Source of the DNA: an uncultured Chloroflexia bacterium
Lineage (GTDB): Bacteria > Chloroflexota > Limnocylindria > Limnocylindrales > CSP1-4
NCBI GenBank assembly: GCA_963828165.1
Contig: CAWHDR010000001.1
Coordinates: 1,472,001 to 1,536,000, forward strand
DNA length: 64,000 nt
Reading direction: 5' to 3'
Shown: piece after piece, positions 36,907 through 48,200 of the stretch
Layout: each line of letters opens with the position of its first letter
Position numbering within the stretch: the stretch's first letter is position 1
Notes under the pieces: model-generated
The model's database searches: none
Told to the model about the DNA's origin: nothing
Seen by the model: the letters and a program-made list of their open reading frames with translations, nothing else
Translations under genes and position numbers: made by a program

Positions 36907-37923
36907 TCAGTTGCTCAGCTTGATCACATAGCTGCCGTGGAACATGCCGGCGCAGGTGGTATCGGAGATCGCGCATACATCGCTTGCCGATGCGCTGCGA
37001 GTGATGCCGGTCAAGAAGTAGCCCGAGATGGTGCCCTCGTCCCCGCCGCCGCGCTTGGTCGCGCTGACGACGTGGAACAGCGCCCACCCGCGGAAACAAC
37101 CAGTGGTATGCGATCCGTCGGACACACCGCCGGCGGAGAAGCAATACGGTTCGCCCGGGATCGGCGGGCCGACGATCGGAACCGCGACGTCGCGGCCCGC
37201 GAGGGTCGTGTTGATGCTGGGCTGGCTCGGGCTGTTGGTGTCGAACAGCGCGTTGTGAACGCCGTTGTTGCTCTGACCGATGTACTGATTCAGGATCAGA
37301 TCACCGTTGATCGGCGCGCTTCCGTCGAGCGCGTCCTTGACGTCATTCGTCGAGACATTGCCCGTACCGAGATTCGTCCAGGCGACGTTCAGGACCGCCA
37401 GCGGGCTGTCGCTGCCCTGGCCGGTGGTCTTCTCGAAATCGGTCGTGTGCGTGTAGATCTCGAAGGGGAGCCCGGTCACCGGATCGAAGACTTCCTGGCT
37501 GAGGATGAACGGCGCGACGCCGATGAACTTCGTCGGGATGCCCGTCAACGCAGTCGCGGTCACGCTGACCTGCCACGTTCCCTGACCTACGACGCCTGCG
37601 AAGAAGTTCTGGTGCGGCGCGCCGATCTCGACCGTGACCGTCTTCGGCGTCAGGACGACGTTGACGTTCACGCCACCCGTCCCATGCTCGTAGCCGTTGT
37701 CCGTTGCCATGGAGAGGGCCGCGGCGGTCGGGTCCTTGCCATTCAGCAGGGCGTTGGCTCCCGCAAAGGCGGCAAGGTCCGCAGCATTCTGCTCGCTGCG
37801 TCGCTGGGCGAATGCGAAACCACCGTCGATCACGAGACCGACACCGGCCACGATCGCCACCAGGGCGAGCGCGAACAGCACCATGATCTGGCCGGGCTGT
37901 CGCGGCTTAGTGGATCTGGGCAC
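36907..37923 (-). CDS. TadG-like large pseudopilin (triplet B)
   Basis: PGQIMVLFAL, LVIDGGFAF...QNAADLAAFAGA. Confidence 0.85.
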   Translation of the reverse strand: MPRSTKPRQPGQIMVLFALALVAIVAGVGLVIDGGFAFAQRRSEQNAADLAAFAGANALLNGKDPTAAALSMATDNGYEHGTGGVNVNVVLTPKTVTVEIGAPHQNFFAGVVGQGTWQVSVTATALTGIPTKFIGVAPFILSQEVFDPVTGLPFEIYTHTTDFEKTTGQGSDSPLAVLNVAWTNLGTGNVSTNDVKDALDGSAPINGDLILNQYIGQSNNGVHNALFDTNSPSQPSINTTLAGRDVAVPIVGPPIPGEPYCFSAGGVSDGSHTTGCFRGWALFHVVSATKRGGGDEGTISGYFLTGITRSASASDVCAISDTTCAGMFHGSYVIKLSN

Positions 37924-38356
37924 TGCTGCTTCCCTTCATGGTCCACGTCCCGATGAGTCCGAGAAGTGGTGTGACGGCCCGATATGGAGCCGTGATCGTG
38001 ACCTGGACGGAATGCTTGCTGAAATCGCAGGGATCCGGCGCTACCGGGGCCCCGGCGTCATCGATACACATGTATGTCGGGTTACCGAGGGCGGGGATCA
38101 AGGACTTCTGCGTGGCGACGACGGCTGCCGTTTCCGCGCTCGCCGGCGACCCGGGGTTGCATGTGAGGGCGTCCGGTACCACGCAAGGGTGGACACTCGT
38201 GACCCGGGCGATCTCCCGCGCCGCTTGTGACACGCCGTTGAACTTGTAGACGGCCATCCCAAAATCCACGACGCCCATCAGGAGCACCAGGAAGATGACG
38301 ATGGTGAGCGAGAACTCCACGAGGCCCTGGCCTCGCTGCTCATCCCGGGTTCTCAT
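37907..38356 (-). CDS. TadE-like pseudopilin (triplet B)
   Basis: GQGLVEFSL, DFG, QAAREIAR. Confidence 0.88.
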   Translation of the reverse strand: MRTRDEQRGQGLVEFSLTIVIFLVLLMGVVDFGMAVYKFNGVSQAAREIARVTSVHPCVVPDALTCNPGSPASAETAAVVATQKSLIPALGNPTYMCIDDAGAPVAPDPCDFSKHSVQVTITAPYRAVTPLLGLIGTWTMKGSSSAQIH

Positions 38357-39360
38357 GGCGCGTTGACCGTCTGGGTGACGGCGACGGAGCATCCCGGCTT
38401 CGTGACCGTGAGCGTGACCGAGTGCGGGCCACTGCTCGGGAAGTTGATGTTGTTCAGGTTCTGACCAGAGCCCGTGATGGCTCCCGTCCAAGCCCAGGTC
38501 CAGCCGCCCGAGCCATCCGAGACGCTACCCGCGAGATTCATGCGATGCGGGTTGCCCCCGTTCGAGCGATCCGTTGCGGTGAACGAAGCCGTGGGGCAGA
38601 CGGGCCCTGGGCCACTGCCCGTGACGGTGATGGTCTCCTGCGCCGTGTCCGTCTGTCCGCGGCTGTCGGTGACCGTCAGCACGATGGTGTAGGTACCGGC
38701 GGCCGAATACGTGGTGAATGACGTCACGCCCGTCTTGGCGAAGCTCCACGAGTACGAGACGATCGTCGCGCCGACCGCCGATGATGCAGAGGCATTGACG
38801 TCGACCCGGAGATTCGGTGGCACGGATCCGGTTGTCGGGCTGGCCGTGAAGGCGGCCGTGGGCGCAGGGAGTGCGGGGAAGGTCACCCGGGGGACGACGA
38901 GGCACTCGGCGTCGGCGGTTGCTCCCAGGATCAGGTTGCTGCCGACGATGCTGGCGATGATCGGTGTCAGCAGGCGGAATGGCGACTCGACCGAGACAGC
39001 GACCTTCGGCGGGGTCCCACTTGCCGGGTACATGGCGTCCTTCACGCACACGGCCGGCGTCAGGTCCACCTTCGTCCGATCGACTTCCACGAAGCCGCCA
39101 TCTGCTTCGGTCAGCACGCCGCACATCACTGTGTTGGCGTCACTGCAGCCTTGATTGGCCTGGAAGGTGCCGCCCTGCGAAGCGACGAGGGCCCCTTCCT
39201 TGGCGGCATTCGTGATCGTGATCTGCGCGTAGAGCAGCCGTCCGAGGTCGAGCGCCGAAAGGAGCAGGATCAGAAAGACCGGGGCGATCAGCGCCAGCTC
39301 GACGACGCTCTGGCCACGGGTTCGCCTGCGACGACTGGGCATCACAAACAATCTCGGCAT
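38353..39360 (-). CDS. TadE-like pseudopilin with PKD domains (triplet B)
   Basis: GQSVVELAL, NAAKEGA, IVSYSWSF...GTYTIVLTVTDSRG. Confidence 0.88.
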   Translation of the reverse strand: MPRLFVMPSRRRRTRGQSVVELALIAPVFLILLLSALDLGRLLYAQITITNAAKEGALVASQGGTFQANQGCSDANTVMCGVLTEADGGFVEVDRTKVDLTPAVCVKDAMYPASGTPPKVAVSVESPFRLLTPIIASIVGSNLILGATADAECLVVPRVTFPALPAPTAAFTASPTTGSVPPNLRVDVNASASSAVGATIVSYSWSFAKTGVTSFTTYSAAGTYTIVLTVTDSRGQTDTAQETITVTGSGPGPVCPTASFTATDRSNGGNPHRMNLAGSVSDGSGGWTWAWTGAITGSGQNLNNINFPSSGPHSVTLTVTKPGCSVAVTQTVNAP

Positions 39361-39410
39361 CAAGTCCCCCGACAGATTGGTACGAAAGTCCCACGCATGG
39401 TGCCATGGTG

Positions 39411-39439
39411 ACCTTTCACGCGACCTTACGGGCGGTGCG
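39411..39439 (-). promoter_or_regulatory. Conserved upstream motif of Tad triplet B
   Basis: Plus strand ACCTTTCACG-N3-CCTT-N5-CGGTGCG. Confidence 0.5.
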
Positions 39440-39529
39440 GCAGCGCGCCGAGGATGGCCCGACCGGCGGGTACCTCAGGGGACCTCTAGGTCAGTTGGCA
39501 CGGGTCGATCCAGGCAGCACCATCCGCAC

Positions 39530-39757
39530 ATGACCAAGCGCATCGTTGCCGCGTTCCTGTGGTTCTACGCCGGCTGGTATGCCGGGGCCCTGATCGCCGA
39601 GTTCGTCGGTGTCAGCGCCCTGCTGGGTCCGATCATCGGTGCCGCCGCGGCCGGCCTGATCGTCGGCGACCCGCGCCGGATGATCTGGTCTGCCCGGGCT
39701 CCACGAACGTCGTCCGCGAAGGCAGCCGCTCCCGAGGGGCTCCCCGACCCCGCCTGA
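39530..39757 (+). CDS. Small two-TM membrane protein
   Basis: MTKRIVAAFLWFYAGWYAG...GDPRRMIW; GC3-biased. Confidence 0.7.
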   Translation: MTKRIVAAFLWFYAGWYAGALIAEFVGVSALLGPIIGAAAAGLIVGDPRRMIWSARAPRTSSAKAAAPEGLPDPA

Positions 39758-39790
39758 CCACTCGACCGTACCAACCCAAGCTGGGGGGAA

Positions 39791-39816
39791 CCGCCGGGCC
39801 TACCAAGGCCCGGCGG
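39791..39816. terminator. Hairpin between convergent genes
   Basis: CCGCCGGGCCT / AGGCCCGGCGG inverted repeat. Confidence 0.65.
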
Positions 39817-39827
39817 ATCTGCGTCTG

Positions 39828-41312
39828 TCAGCCTTCGTCGCCCGGCTCGCCGGGTAGCACGATGGTGAACGCCGCGCCCCGGGCCACGGCCTCCGCCCCG
39901 CCCCTGCCCGTCTCCCCGTTCCCGGCCCCTGGCCCGCCAGCAGGCTCCAGGATCAATTCCCCGCCCATCGCCCGGCACAGCTCACGCGAGACGTACAGGC
40001 CCAGGCCGCTCCCACCGTCCGATCCGGCCTCCTCCCCGCGCGCGAACCGCACGAACAACCGGTCACGGTCCGCCTCCTTGATGCCGGGTCCGCGGTCTTC
40101 GATGGTGAGCCGGACCGTTCGGTCCGCCTCGTCGGCGACGATCTTCGCCTCAACCGGGGTGCCGCCCCCGTATTTGACGGCATTGTCCAGGAGCGCCCAC
40201 AGGACCTGGTCGAGCTGGTCCGCGTCGGCGACGGCCAGCCAGCCTTCGGCGCCGTCCTCGAGCTCGAAGGGCACGTCGTCCACGCCAAGCGCCTCCCAGG
40301 CCTTGCGCGCGCGCGTCGACAGCGACACGACCTCGGTCCGTGGCTTGAGGGCGCCGGACTCCAGGCGGGTCACGGTCAGCAGTTGCCGGACCATGCGCGA
40401 CAGCCGCTCGGACTGCTCCGCGATGATCCCCAGCCGTCGATCGGGCGGGGCCAGCTCCTCGCTCAGCTGTTCCGCGTAGGCCCGGATGCTCGTGAGCGGC
40501 GTCTGGAGGTTGTGGCTCACGCCGCGCAGGAAGTCGTCCTTGGCCTCGTCGAGCTCCAGCAGCTGACGGTTCTGCGACTCCACGGTCGCGAAGAGCTGGG
40601 CGTTTCGGATGGCCGCGGCCATCGCGTTGGCGAAGAGCTCCAGCAGGTCCTGGTCCGCGGGCTCCCAGCGGCGGGTCGCCGGCAGCCGCCCGATCAGCAC
40701 CCCGATATCCGTCCCGCCGGCCCGCATGACTGCACGCAGGGGCCGCGAGACACCCGGGACGACCTCCTCTTCGTCGACGATCGACGAATCGCCGACCACG
40801 ACGGTCGCATCGATCAACGCGAACGCCGACGTCGCATCCGACGACGTCCGATCGACCAGCGCCTCAACGTCGTCGCGTGGCGAGACCTCGTCGATCGCCG
40901 CGAGGATCCGCCCGAGCTCCCGGTTGCGTCGCCCGAGGTCCGCGGCCAGTCGATTGTGGCTGTCGGCCAATCGTGCGAACTCGTCGTCGCCGGCGACCCG
41001 GATCGGGGTCGAGAGGTCGCCGGTCGACACTCGGTCCACGGCCGCCACGACGGAGCGGAGCGGGGCGGTCAGCTCGGTCGCCAGGGCATACGACGCAAAG
41101 ATCGCGAACGCCAGCACGATGGCGATCGCGAAGAGCAGGACCCGGCCGATCGTCTCGTCGGTGACCTGGAGCCGGAACGTCGTCTCGAGGACCAGCACGA
41201 CCAGCCCGAACGTGGCCAGCGGGAGCACCGACGCCACGATGAACGCGACCGTGAGCCGGGACCGGAAACTCAGCCGTGGCGCGGGTTCGGCTGGGCGCTC
41301 GTCCTCAGTCAC
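39828..41312 (-). CDS. Membrane sensor histidine kinase (HAMP, GAF-like, HisKA, HATPase)
   Basis: Two TM, HAMP (DDEFARLADSHN), SHNLQTPL, DNAVKY, DRGPG, GSGLGL. Confidence 0.92.
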   Translation of the reverse strand: MTEDERPAEPAPRLSFRSRLTVAFIVASVLPLATFGLVVLVLETTFRLQVTDETIGRVLLFAIAIVLAFAIFASYALATELTAPLRSVVAAVDRVSTGDLSTPIRVAGDDEFARLADSHNRLAADLGRRNRELGRILAAIDEVSPRDDVEALVDRTSSDATSAFALIDATVVVGDSSIVDEEEVVPGVSRPLRAVMRAGGTDIGVLIGRLPATRRWEPADQDLLELFANAMAAAIRNAQLFATVESQNRQLLELDEAKDDFLRGVSHNLQTPLTSIRAYAEQLSEELAPPDRRLGIIAEQSERLSRMVRQLLTVTRLESGALKPRTEVVSLSTRARKAWEALGVDDVPFELEDGAEGWLAVADADQLDQVLWALLDNAVKYGGGTPVEAKIVADEADRTVRLTIEDRGPGIKEADRDRLFVRFARGEEAGSDGGSGLGLYVSRELCRAMGGELILEPAGGPGAGNGETGRGGAEAVARGAAFTIVLPGEPGDEG

Positions 41313-42036
41313 CGGGCGCGCTCGTCGGGCTGCCGGGTGACGCCACCAGTCGATAGCCCACGCCGCGCACGGTCTGGACGTGCATCGGCCGGTTCGCGTC
41401 CACCTCGACCTTCTGGCGGAGGCGTCGCATCGTGACCCAGACGTAGGACGGATCGGCGTCTTCGGTCTCGGCCCAGCCCCTGGCGAGGAGCGTCTCGGTC
41501 GTGACGACCTGGCCGATGTTCGCGGCGAGGGCGTAGAGCAGCCGAGACTCGGTCGGGGTGAGCTGGACGACCTGCCCACGGACGGTCGCCTCGCGCCGGT
41601 GGAGGTCGAGCGTCAGGTCGGGGCCAAGGTCCAGGCTCTGGCGGGGGACCTTGTCGCCGAGGCGCCGAAGGACGCGATTGATGCGCGCCCGGAGCTCCGG
41701 ATAGTGATACGGCTTCGTGACGTAGTCCTCGGCGACCTCCTCGAGCAGGTCGGCCTTCGAATCGCCGGCGTCGATGGCGGAGAGCACGATGATCGGCAGG
41801 TCGGCATGCGTCTTGATCTCGCGCGCGAGGGTCAGGCCGTCCATGCGCGGCATCATCATGTCCACGATGAGCAGGTCCGGCCAACCGGCACGCAGCCGGC
41901 GGAGCGCCTCGTCCCCATCGCGCGCAGTGGCGATCTCGTAGCCGTCCGCGCGTAGCTGGTCGGCCAGCAATACGAGCAGGTTCGGGTCGTCATCGACGAT
42001 GAGGATCCGGGGGGCTGGTCCGCCGCCGCTCAGCAT
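41305..42036 (-). CDS. OmpR/PhoB-family response regulator
   Basis: IVDDD, VDMMMP, YVTKP, LTPTE, QTVRGVGY. Confidence 0.93.
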   Translation of the reverse strand: MLSGGGPAPRILIVDDDPNLLVLLADQLRADGYEIATARDGDEALRRLRAGWPDLLIVDMMMPRMDGLTLAREIKTHADLPIIVLSAIDAGDSKADLLEEVAEDYVTKPYHYPELRARINRVLRRLGDKVPRQSLDLGPDLTLDLHRREATVRGQVVQLTPTESRLLYALAANIGQVVTTETLLARGWAETEDADPSYVWVTMRRLRQKVEVDANRPMHVQTVRGVGYRLVASPGSPTSAPGD

Positions 42037-42427
42037 GTGCGTGAGTATGCCGCGCCTCCCAGGACCCGGGAGAGTACGGATGACGGTGCCCCCATGCACC
42101 GTTTCTCGCGTTTGTGCGGTCTTGTAGTCCAAATGGGGGATGACTTTCGACAGCAGACCAGTACTGTTGCCCACTCAAACGCCCTCGGGGGAGGGCAGGA
42201 ACTGAACAGTCGACCCGTCCCCGTTTCTGGGGAAGCGACCCTCGGGCCGAGCGCGCACACAAGCACTCATCTTTCGTTTCGATCTTTTCGGCAGCAGCGC
42301 GATCGACCAGAGCCACCCACCCGCACCACGATCTTGCACTCGGGATCGTGGGCCGCGGGGCTTTCGCTTCCCCCTTGAACTCGACGGGTATCCGTCACCA
42401 ACGCGTCAAGGGTTCAGGGAGGCCTCA

Positions 42428-44422
42428 ATGTCCGGTTCAACCGGCTCACGTTCCGTCGCTCGATTTCTCGTTGCCATCCAGGTCTTCCTGCTCGTGGCTT
42501 CTTTCTTCGCGCCCGTCGCGAGCCTGGCGGCCGAGCCGTCCGACGATCCGGGCGCCACCCCGAGCGCGGAACCGTCCGCCGAGCCCACGCCGGAACCGAC
42601 ACCGGAGCCCACGGCTGAGCCGACTCCCGAGCCGACTGCGGAGCCGACGCCTGAGCCTACCGCCGAGCCCACGCCGGAGCCGACCGCCGAGCCGACCGCT
42701 GAGCCCGACGGCCGACCCGACGGCTGAGCCGACCGCCGACCCGACGCCCGAGCCGACGGCTGCGCCTACGCGGGCCCGCGCCGACCTACGCGCCGAGCGG
42801 CCCGCCCTCCATCGAAAGCGACCTGGACGACTATCCACCCGGTGGCTTCGTCACGCTGACCGGCTGCGAACTGGCATGCCGGCGAGAGCGTCCACATCTT
42901 CGTGAATGACCACGTGGGGACGAGCTGGAGCCGGACGGTCGACGTGATCGCCGACGGCGACGGCAACATCCGCGACGCGTTCAACCTGCCGAACTGGTTC
43001 GTGGCCGACATATTCGTGTCGTCGCGACCGGCGCACAGTCTGGTATCGCCACGACGACGTTCACGGACGGCAATCGGTTCAGAGTTAGGACTGACGTGCC
43101 GGCGCGAACACGTCCACCATCACTTGGTTCGCTACAGCGCCGCGAACTGCACGGGCACCATCATGACTCGGGCTTCAGCAGGCCATGACGGGCGGCTCCG
43201 GCGCGAGCCATGGGTGTAACCGGCGCGTTCAGCCCCGCCAATCGATGCAATTTCAGCGGCATCGTCGATCAGCGGCTTTGCATTTGGCACGGTTGGACAA
43301 ATGGCTCGTTCGTCGATGCTCGGCCCTCAACGCCCGCCTGCCAGGCAACCTTCGAACGGCAAACGCTGAACACTCGGCAACTTCGTCGCGAACACTGCCC
43401 CGATGGCCGCGAGCCAGACTGTTGCCACGAACGAGGACACCGCCAAGCTCATCACGCTTTCGGGGAGTGACACCAACGGCCAGAATTTGACGTTTGCAAT
43501 CGTCGGTTCCCCGGCAAACGGCGGGCTCGGGAGCCTGGGCGCCCCGAGTTGCTCGGTCACAGCGGGCACTTCAACGTGCACGGCCACCGTCACCTACACA
43601 CCGAACCTGAACTTCAACGGCACCCGACAGCTTCACGTTTCGCGTGAACGACGGGACCGCGAACTCTGCGAACTGGCCACGGTCACGATCACCGTCACCC
43701 CGGTCGACGACAACCCGGTCGCGGTGGATGACGCCGGCGACGGTCGGCGAAGACTCGGGTGCCAACGCGATCAGCGTGCTCACCAACGACACCGACATCG
43801 ATGGCGGCCCCAAGTCGGTCGCCTCGGTCACCCAGCCTGCCCGGACCGTCGCCTCGCCGGCGGCGGCACCGGCGTCAGTACACCCCGAACTCAACGACTG
43901 CCGCAGCCCGGCGCACCGACAACTTCACGTACACCCCGGCGGCCGACCGCCACGGTCACGCCCTCGCCTCGTTGACCTTCCAGGTGCGCGACAACGGCGG
44001 GGTCACCGACGGTGGGCGTCAACCTCGACCAGAGCGCCACCACCGACACGATCGACGTGGCCCCAGTCGGTCGCCGCGCCCGCCGGGCCAACGGCACGGT
44101 CGCCATCACCGGCGACGGCACGCCAGTACACCCCGAGCTCCAACTTCGGCTTCACTGATCCCAACGACACCCCAGCTAATGCGTTCGACGAGCGTGGCCA
44201 TCACGACCCTGCCCGCCGACGACTCGCTCACGTCTGAGCGCCATGGCAACGTGATCCGCCGGTCAAGAGACCCCGGTCGGCAGCCTGGGTCAACCGCGGT
44301 TCACCCCGGCGGCCAACGGCCGGCGGCATCAGCCCTGCGGCACTCGTCTACACCCAGGTGCCGACTTCTTCGGCGTCACCAACGGTGGGGTCAACTCGAC
44401 GGGAGCCGACCGGCACCGTCAC
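42428..44422 (+). pseudogene. Frameshifted 5' part of the giant surface protein (signal peptide, EPT repeats, N-domain, cadherin-like domains)
   Basis: GGAGG SD plus ATG 42428; protein-like segments (DDYPPGG, VHIFVND...FNLPNWF, TNEDT...TYTPNLNFNG, VGEDSGANAISVLTND) hop between frames many times. Confidence 0.75.
42553..42770 (+). repeat. 12-bp-unit coding repeat (EPTA/EPTP linker)
   Basis: More than a dozen gagccgacngcn/ccn units. Confidence 0.85.
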
Positions 44423-45295
44423 GTGACCGTCACCAACGTCAACGACGATCCGGTCGCCAACGACGACTCGGCCACCGTGGCCGAGGACTCCATCGGCAAC
44501 GCGATCAACGTCCTGGGCAATGACAACGACGGCCCCGACGTCGGCGAGACGCTGCTGGTCACCGCGGTCAGCAACCCGCCCAACGGCTCGGCCGCCATCA
44601 CCGGCGGCGGCACCGGCGTCAGCTACACCCCGGATGCTGACTTCTTCGGGACCGACACCTTCACCTACACGATCAGCGACGGCAACGGCGGGACCGACAC
44701 GGCCACCGTCACCGTGACCGTCACCAACGTCAACGACGATCCGGTCGCCAACGACGACTCGGCCACCGTGGCCGAGGACTCCATCGGCAACGCGATCAAC
44801 GTCCTGGGCAATGACAACGACGGCCCCGACGTCGGCGAGACGCTGCTGGTCACCGCGGTCAGCAACCCGCCCAACGGCTCGGCCGCCATCACCGGCGGCG
44901 GCACCGGCGTCAGCTACACCCCGGATGCTGACTTCTTCGGGACCGACACCTTCACCTACACGATCAGCGACGGCAACGGCGGGACCGACACGGCCACCGT
45001 CACCGTGACCGTCACCAACGTCAACGACGATCCGGTCGCCAACGACGACTCGGCCACCGTGGCCGAGGACTCCATCGGCAACGCGATCAACGTCCTGGGC
45101 AATGACAACGACGGCCCCGACGTCGGCGAGACGCTGCTGGTCACCGCGGTCAGCAACCCGCCCAACGGCTCGGCCGCCATCACCGGCGGCGGCACCGGCG
45201 TCAGCTACACCCCGGATGCTGACTTCTTCGGGACCGACACCTTCACCTACACGATCAGCGACGGCAACGGCGGGACCGACACGGCCACCGTCACC
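44423..45295 (+). repeat. Three identical 291-bp tandem coding repeats
   Basis: Units start at 44423, 44714, 45005. Confidence 0.95.
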
Positions 45296-48200
45296 GTGAC
45301 CGTCACCAACGTCAACGACGATCCGGTCCTCGCCGCGATCGCCGATGACACCATCCCTGAGATGGCGGCCTTCGGCTTCACGGCCTCAGCGTCGGACATC
45401 GACGGTGATGACTTGACCTTCAGCCTCGACGGCGCCCCGGCCGGCGCCAGCATCGACCCGCTCACGGGCGAGTTCAGCTGGACCCCGAGCGAGGCCCAGG
45501 GCCCCGGCGTCTACACCTTCGACGTGGTCGTCACCGATGACGGCACGCCGGCCCTCGACGACACCGAGGAGGTCACCCTGACCGTCCTCGAGGTCAACCG
45601 CGCACCGACCGTCGCCCCGATCGCCGACGACACCATCCCGGAGATGGTGGCCTACACCTTCACCGCCTCGGCGACCGATCCGGACCTGCCCGCCAACGGG
45701 CTGACCTTCAGCCTCGACGGCGCCCCGGCCGGCGCCAGCATCGACCCGCTCACGGGCGAGTTCAGCTGGACCCCGAGCGAGGCCCAGGGCCCCGGCGTCT
45801 ACACCTTCGACGTGGTCGTCACCGATGACGGCACGCCGGCCCTCGACGACACCGAGGAGGTCACCCTGACCGTCCTCGAGGTCAACCGCGCACCGACCGT
45901 CGCCCCGATCGCCGACGACACCATCCCGGAGATGGTGGCCTACACCTTCACCGCCTCGGCGACCGATCCGGACCTGCCCGCCAACGGGCTGACCTTCAGC
46001 CTCGACGGCGCCCCGGCCGGCGCCAGCATCGACCCGCTCACGGGCGAGTTCAGCTGGACCCCGAGCGAGGCCCAGGGCCCCGGCGTCTACACCTTCGACG
46101 TGGTCGTCACCGATGACGGCACGCCGGCCCTCGACGACACCGAGGAGGTCACCCTGACCGTCCTCGAGGTCAACCGCGCACCGACCGTCGCCCCGATCGC
46201 CGACGACACCATCCCGGAGATGGTGGCCTACACCTTCACCGCCTCGGCGACCGATCCGGACCTGCCCGCCAACGGGCTGACCTTCAGCCTCGACGGCGCC
46301 CCGGCCGGCGCCAGCATCGACCCGCTCACGGGCGAGTTCAGCTGGACCCCGAGCGAGGCCCAGGGCCCCGGCGTCTACACCTTCGACGTGGTCGTCACCG
46401 ATGACGGCACGCCGGCCCTCGACGACACCGAGGAGGTCACCCTGACCGTCCTCGAGGTCAACCGCGCACCGACCGTCGCCCCGATCGCCGACGACACCAT
46501 CCCGGAGATGGTGGCCTACACCTTCACCGCCTCGGCGACCGATCCGGACCTGCCCGCCAACGGGCTGACCTTCAGCCTCGACGGCGCCCCGGCCGGCGCC
46601 AGCATCGACCCGCTCACGGGCGAGTTCAGCTGGACCCCGAGCGAGGCCCAGGGCCCCGGCGTCTACACCTTCGACGTGGTCGTCACCGATGACGGCACGC
46701 CGGCCCTCGACGACACCGAGGAGGTCACCCTGACCGTCCTCGAGGTCAACCGCGCACCGACCGTCGCCCCGATCGCCGACGACACCATCCCGGAGATGGT
46801 GGCCTACACCTTCACCGCCTCGGCGACCGATCCGGACCTGCCCGCCAACGGGCTGACCTTCAGCCTCGACGGCGCCCCGGCCGGCGCCAGCATCGACCCG
46901 CTCACGGGCGAGTTCAGCTGGACCCCGAGCGAGGCCCAGGGCCCCGGCGTCTACACCTTCGACGTGGTCGTCACCGATGACGGCACGCCGGCCCTCGACG
47001 ACACCGAGGAGGTCACCCTGACCGTCCTCGAGGTCAACCGCGCACCGACCGTCGCCCCGATCGCCGACGACACCATCCCGGAGATGGTGGCCTACACCTT
47101 CACCGCCTCGGCGACCGATCCGGACCTGCCCGCCAACGGGCTGACCTTCAGCCTCGACGGCGCCCCGGCCGGCGCCAGCATCGACCCGCTCACGGGCGAG
47201 TTCAGCTGGACCCCGAGCGAGGCCCAGGGCCCCGGCGTCTACACCTTCGACGTGGTCGTCACCGATGACGGCACGCCGGTCCTCGACGACACCGAGGAGG
47301 TCACCCTGACCGTCCTCGAGGTCAACCGCGCACCGACCGTCGCCCCGATCGCCGACGACACCATCCCGGAGATGGTGGCCTACACCTTCACCGCCTCGGC
47401 GACCGATCCGGACCTGCCCGCCAACGGGCTGACCTTCAGCCTCGACGGCGCCCCGGCCGGCGCCAGCATCGACCCGCTCACGGGCGAGTTCAGCTGGACC
47501 CCGAGCGAGGCCCAGGGCCCCGGCGTCTACACCTTCGACGTGGTCGTCACCGATGACGGCACGCCGGTCCTCGACGACACCGAGGAGGTCACCCTGACCG
47601 TCCTCGAGGTCAACCGCGCACCGACCGTCGCCCCGATCGCCGACGACACCATCCCGGAGATGGTGGCCTACACCTTCACCGCCTCGGCGACCGATCCGGA
47701 CCTGCCCGCCAACGGGCTGACCTTCAGCCTCGACGGCGCCCCGGCCGGCGCCAGCATCGACCCGCTCACGGGCGAGTTCAGCTGGACCCCGAGCGAGGCC
47801 CAGGGCCCCGGCGTCTACACCTTCGACGTGGTCGTCACCGATGACGGCACGCCGGCCCTCGACGACACCGAGGAGGTCACCCTGACCGTCCTCGAGGTCA
47901 ACCGCGCACCGGTGCTCGGCGCTATTGGCAACAAGTCGCTCAACGAAGGCGGCACGCTGACCTTCACCGCTACGGCGACCGATCCAGACATTCCTGTCAA
48001 TGGTCTGACGTTCAGCCTGACCAATGGCACGACAGGCTGCGGCGTGGGAGTCACCTGCGCGGTCCCTGCCGGCGCCAGCATCAACCCGACCACAGGTGCG
48101 TTCACCTGGACGACACCGGACAGCGGGACCTTCCGCTTCAAGGTCGTCGTTACCGACGATGGCTCGCCAGTGCTCTCCGATAACGAGGAGATCACAGTCA

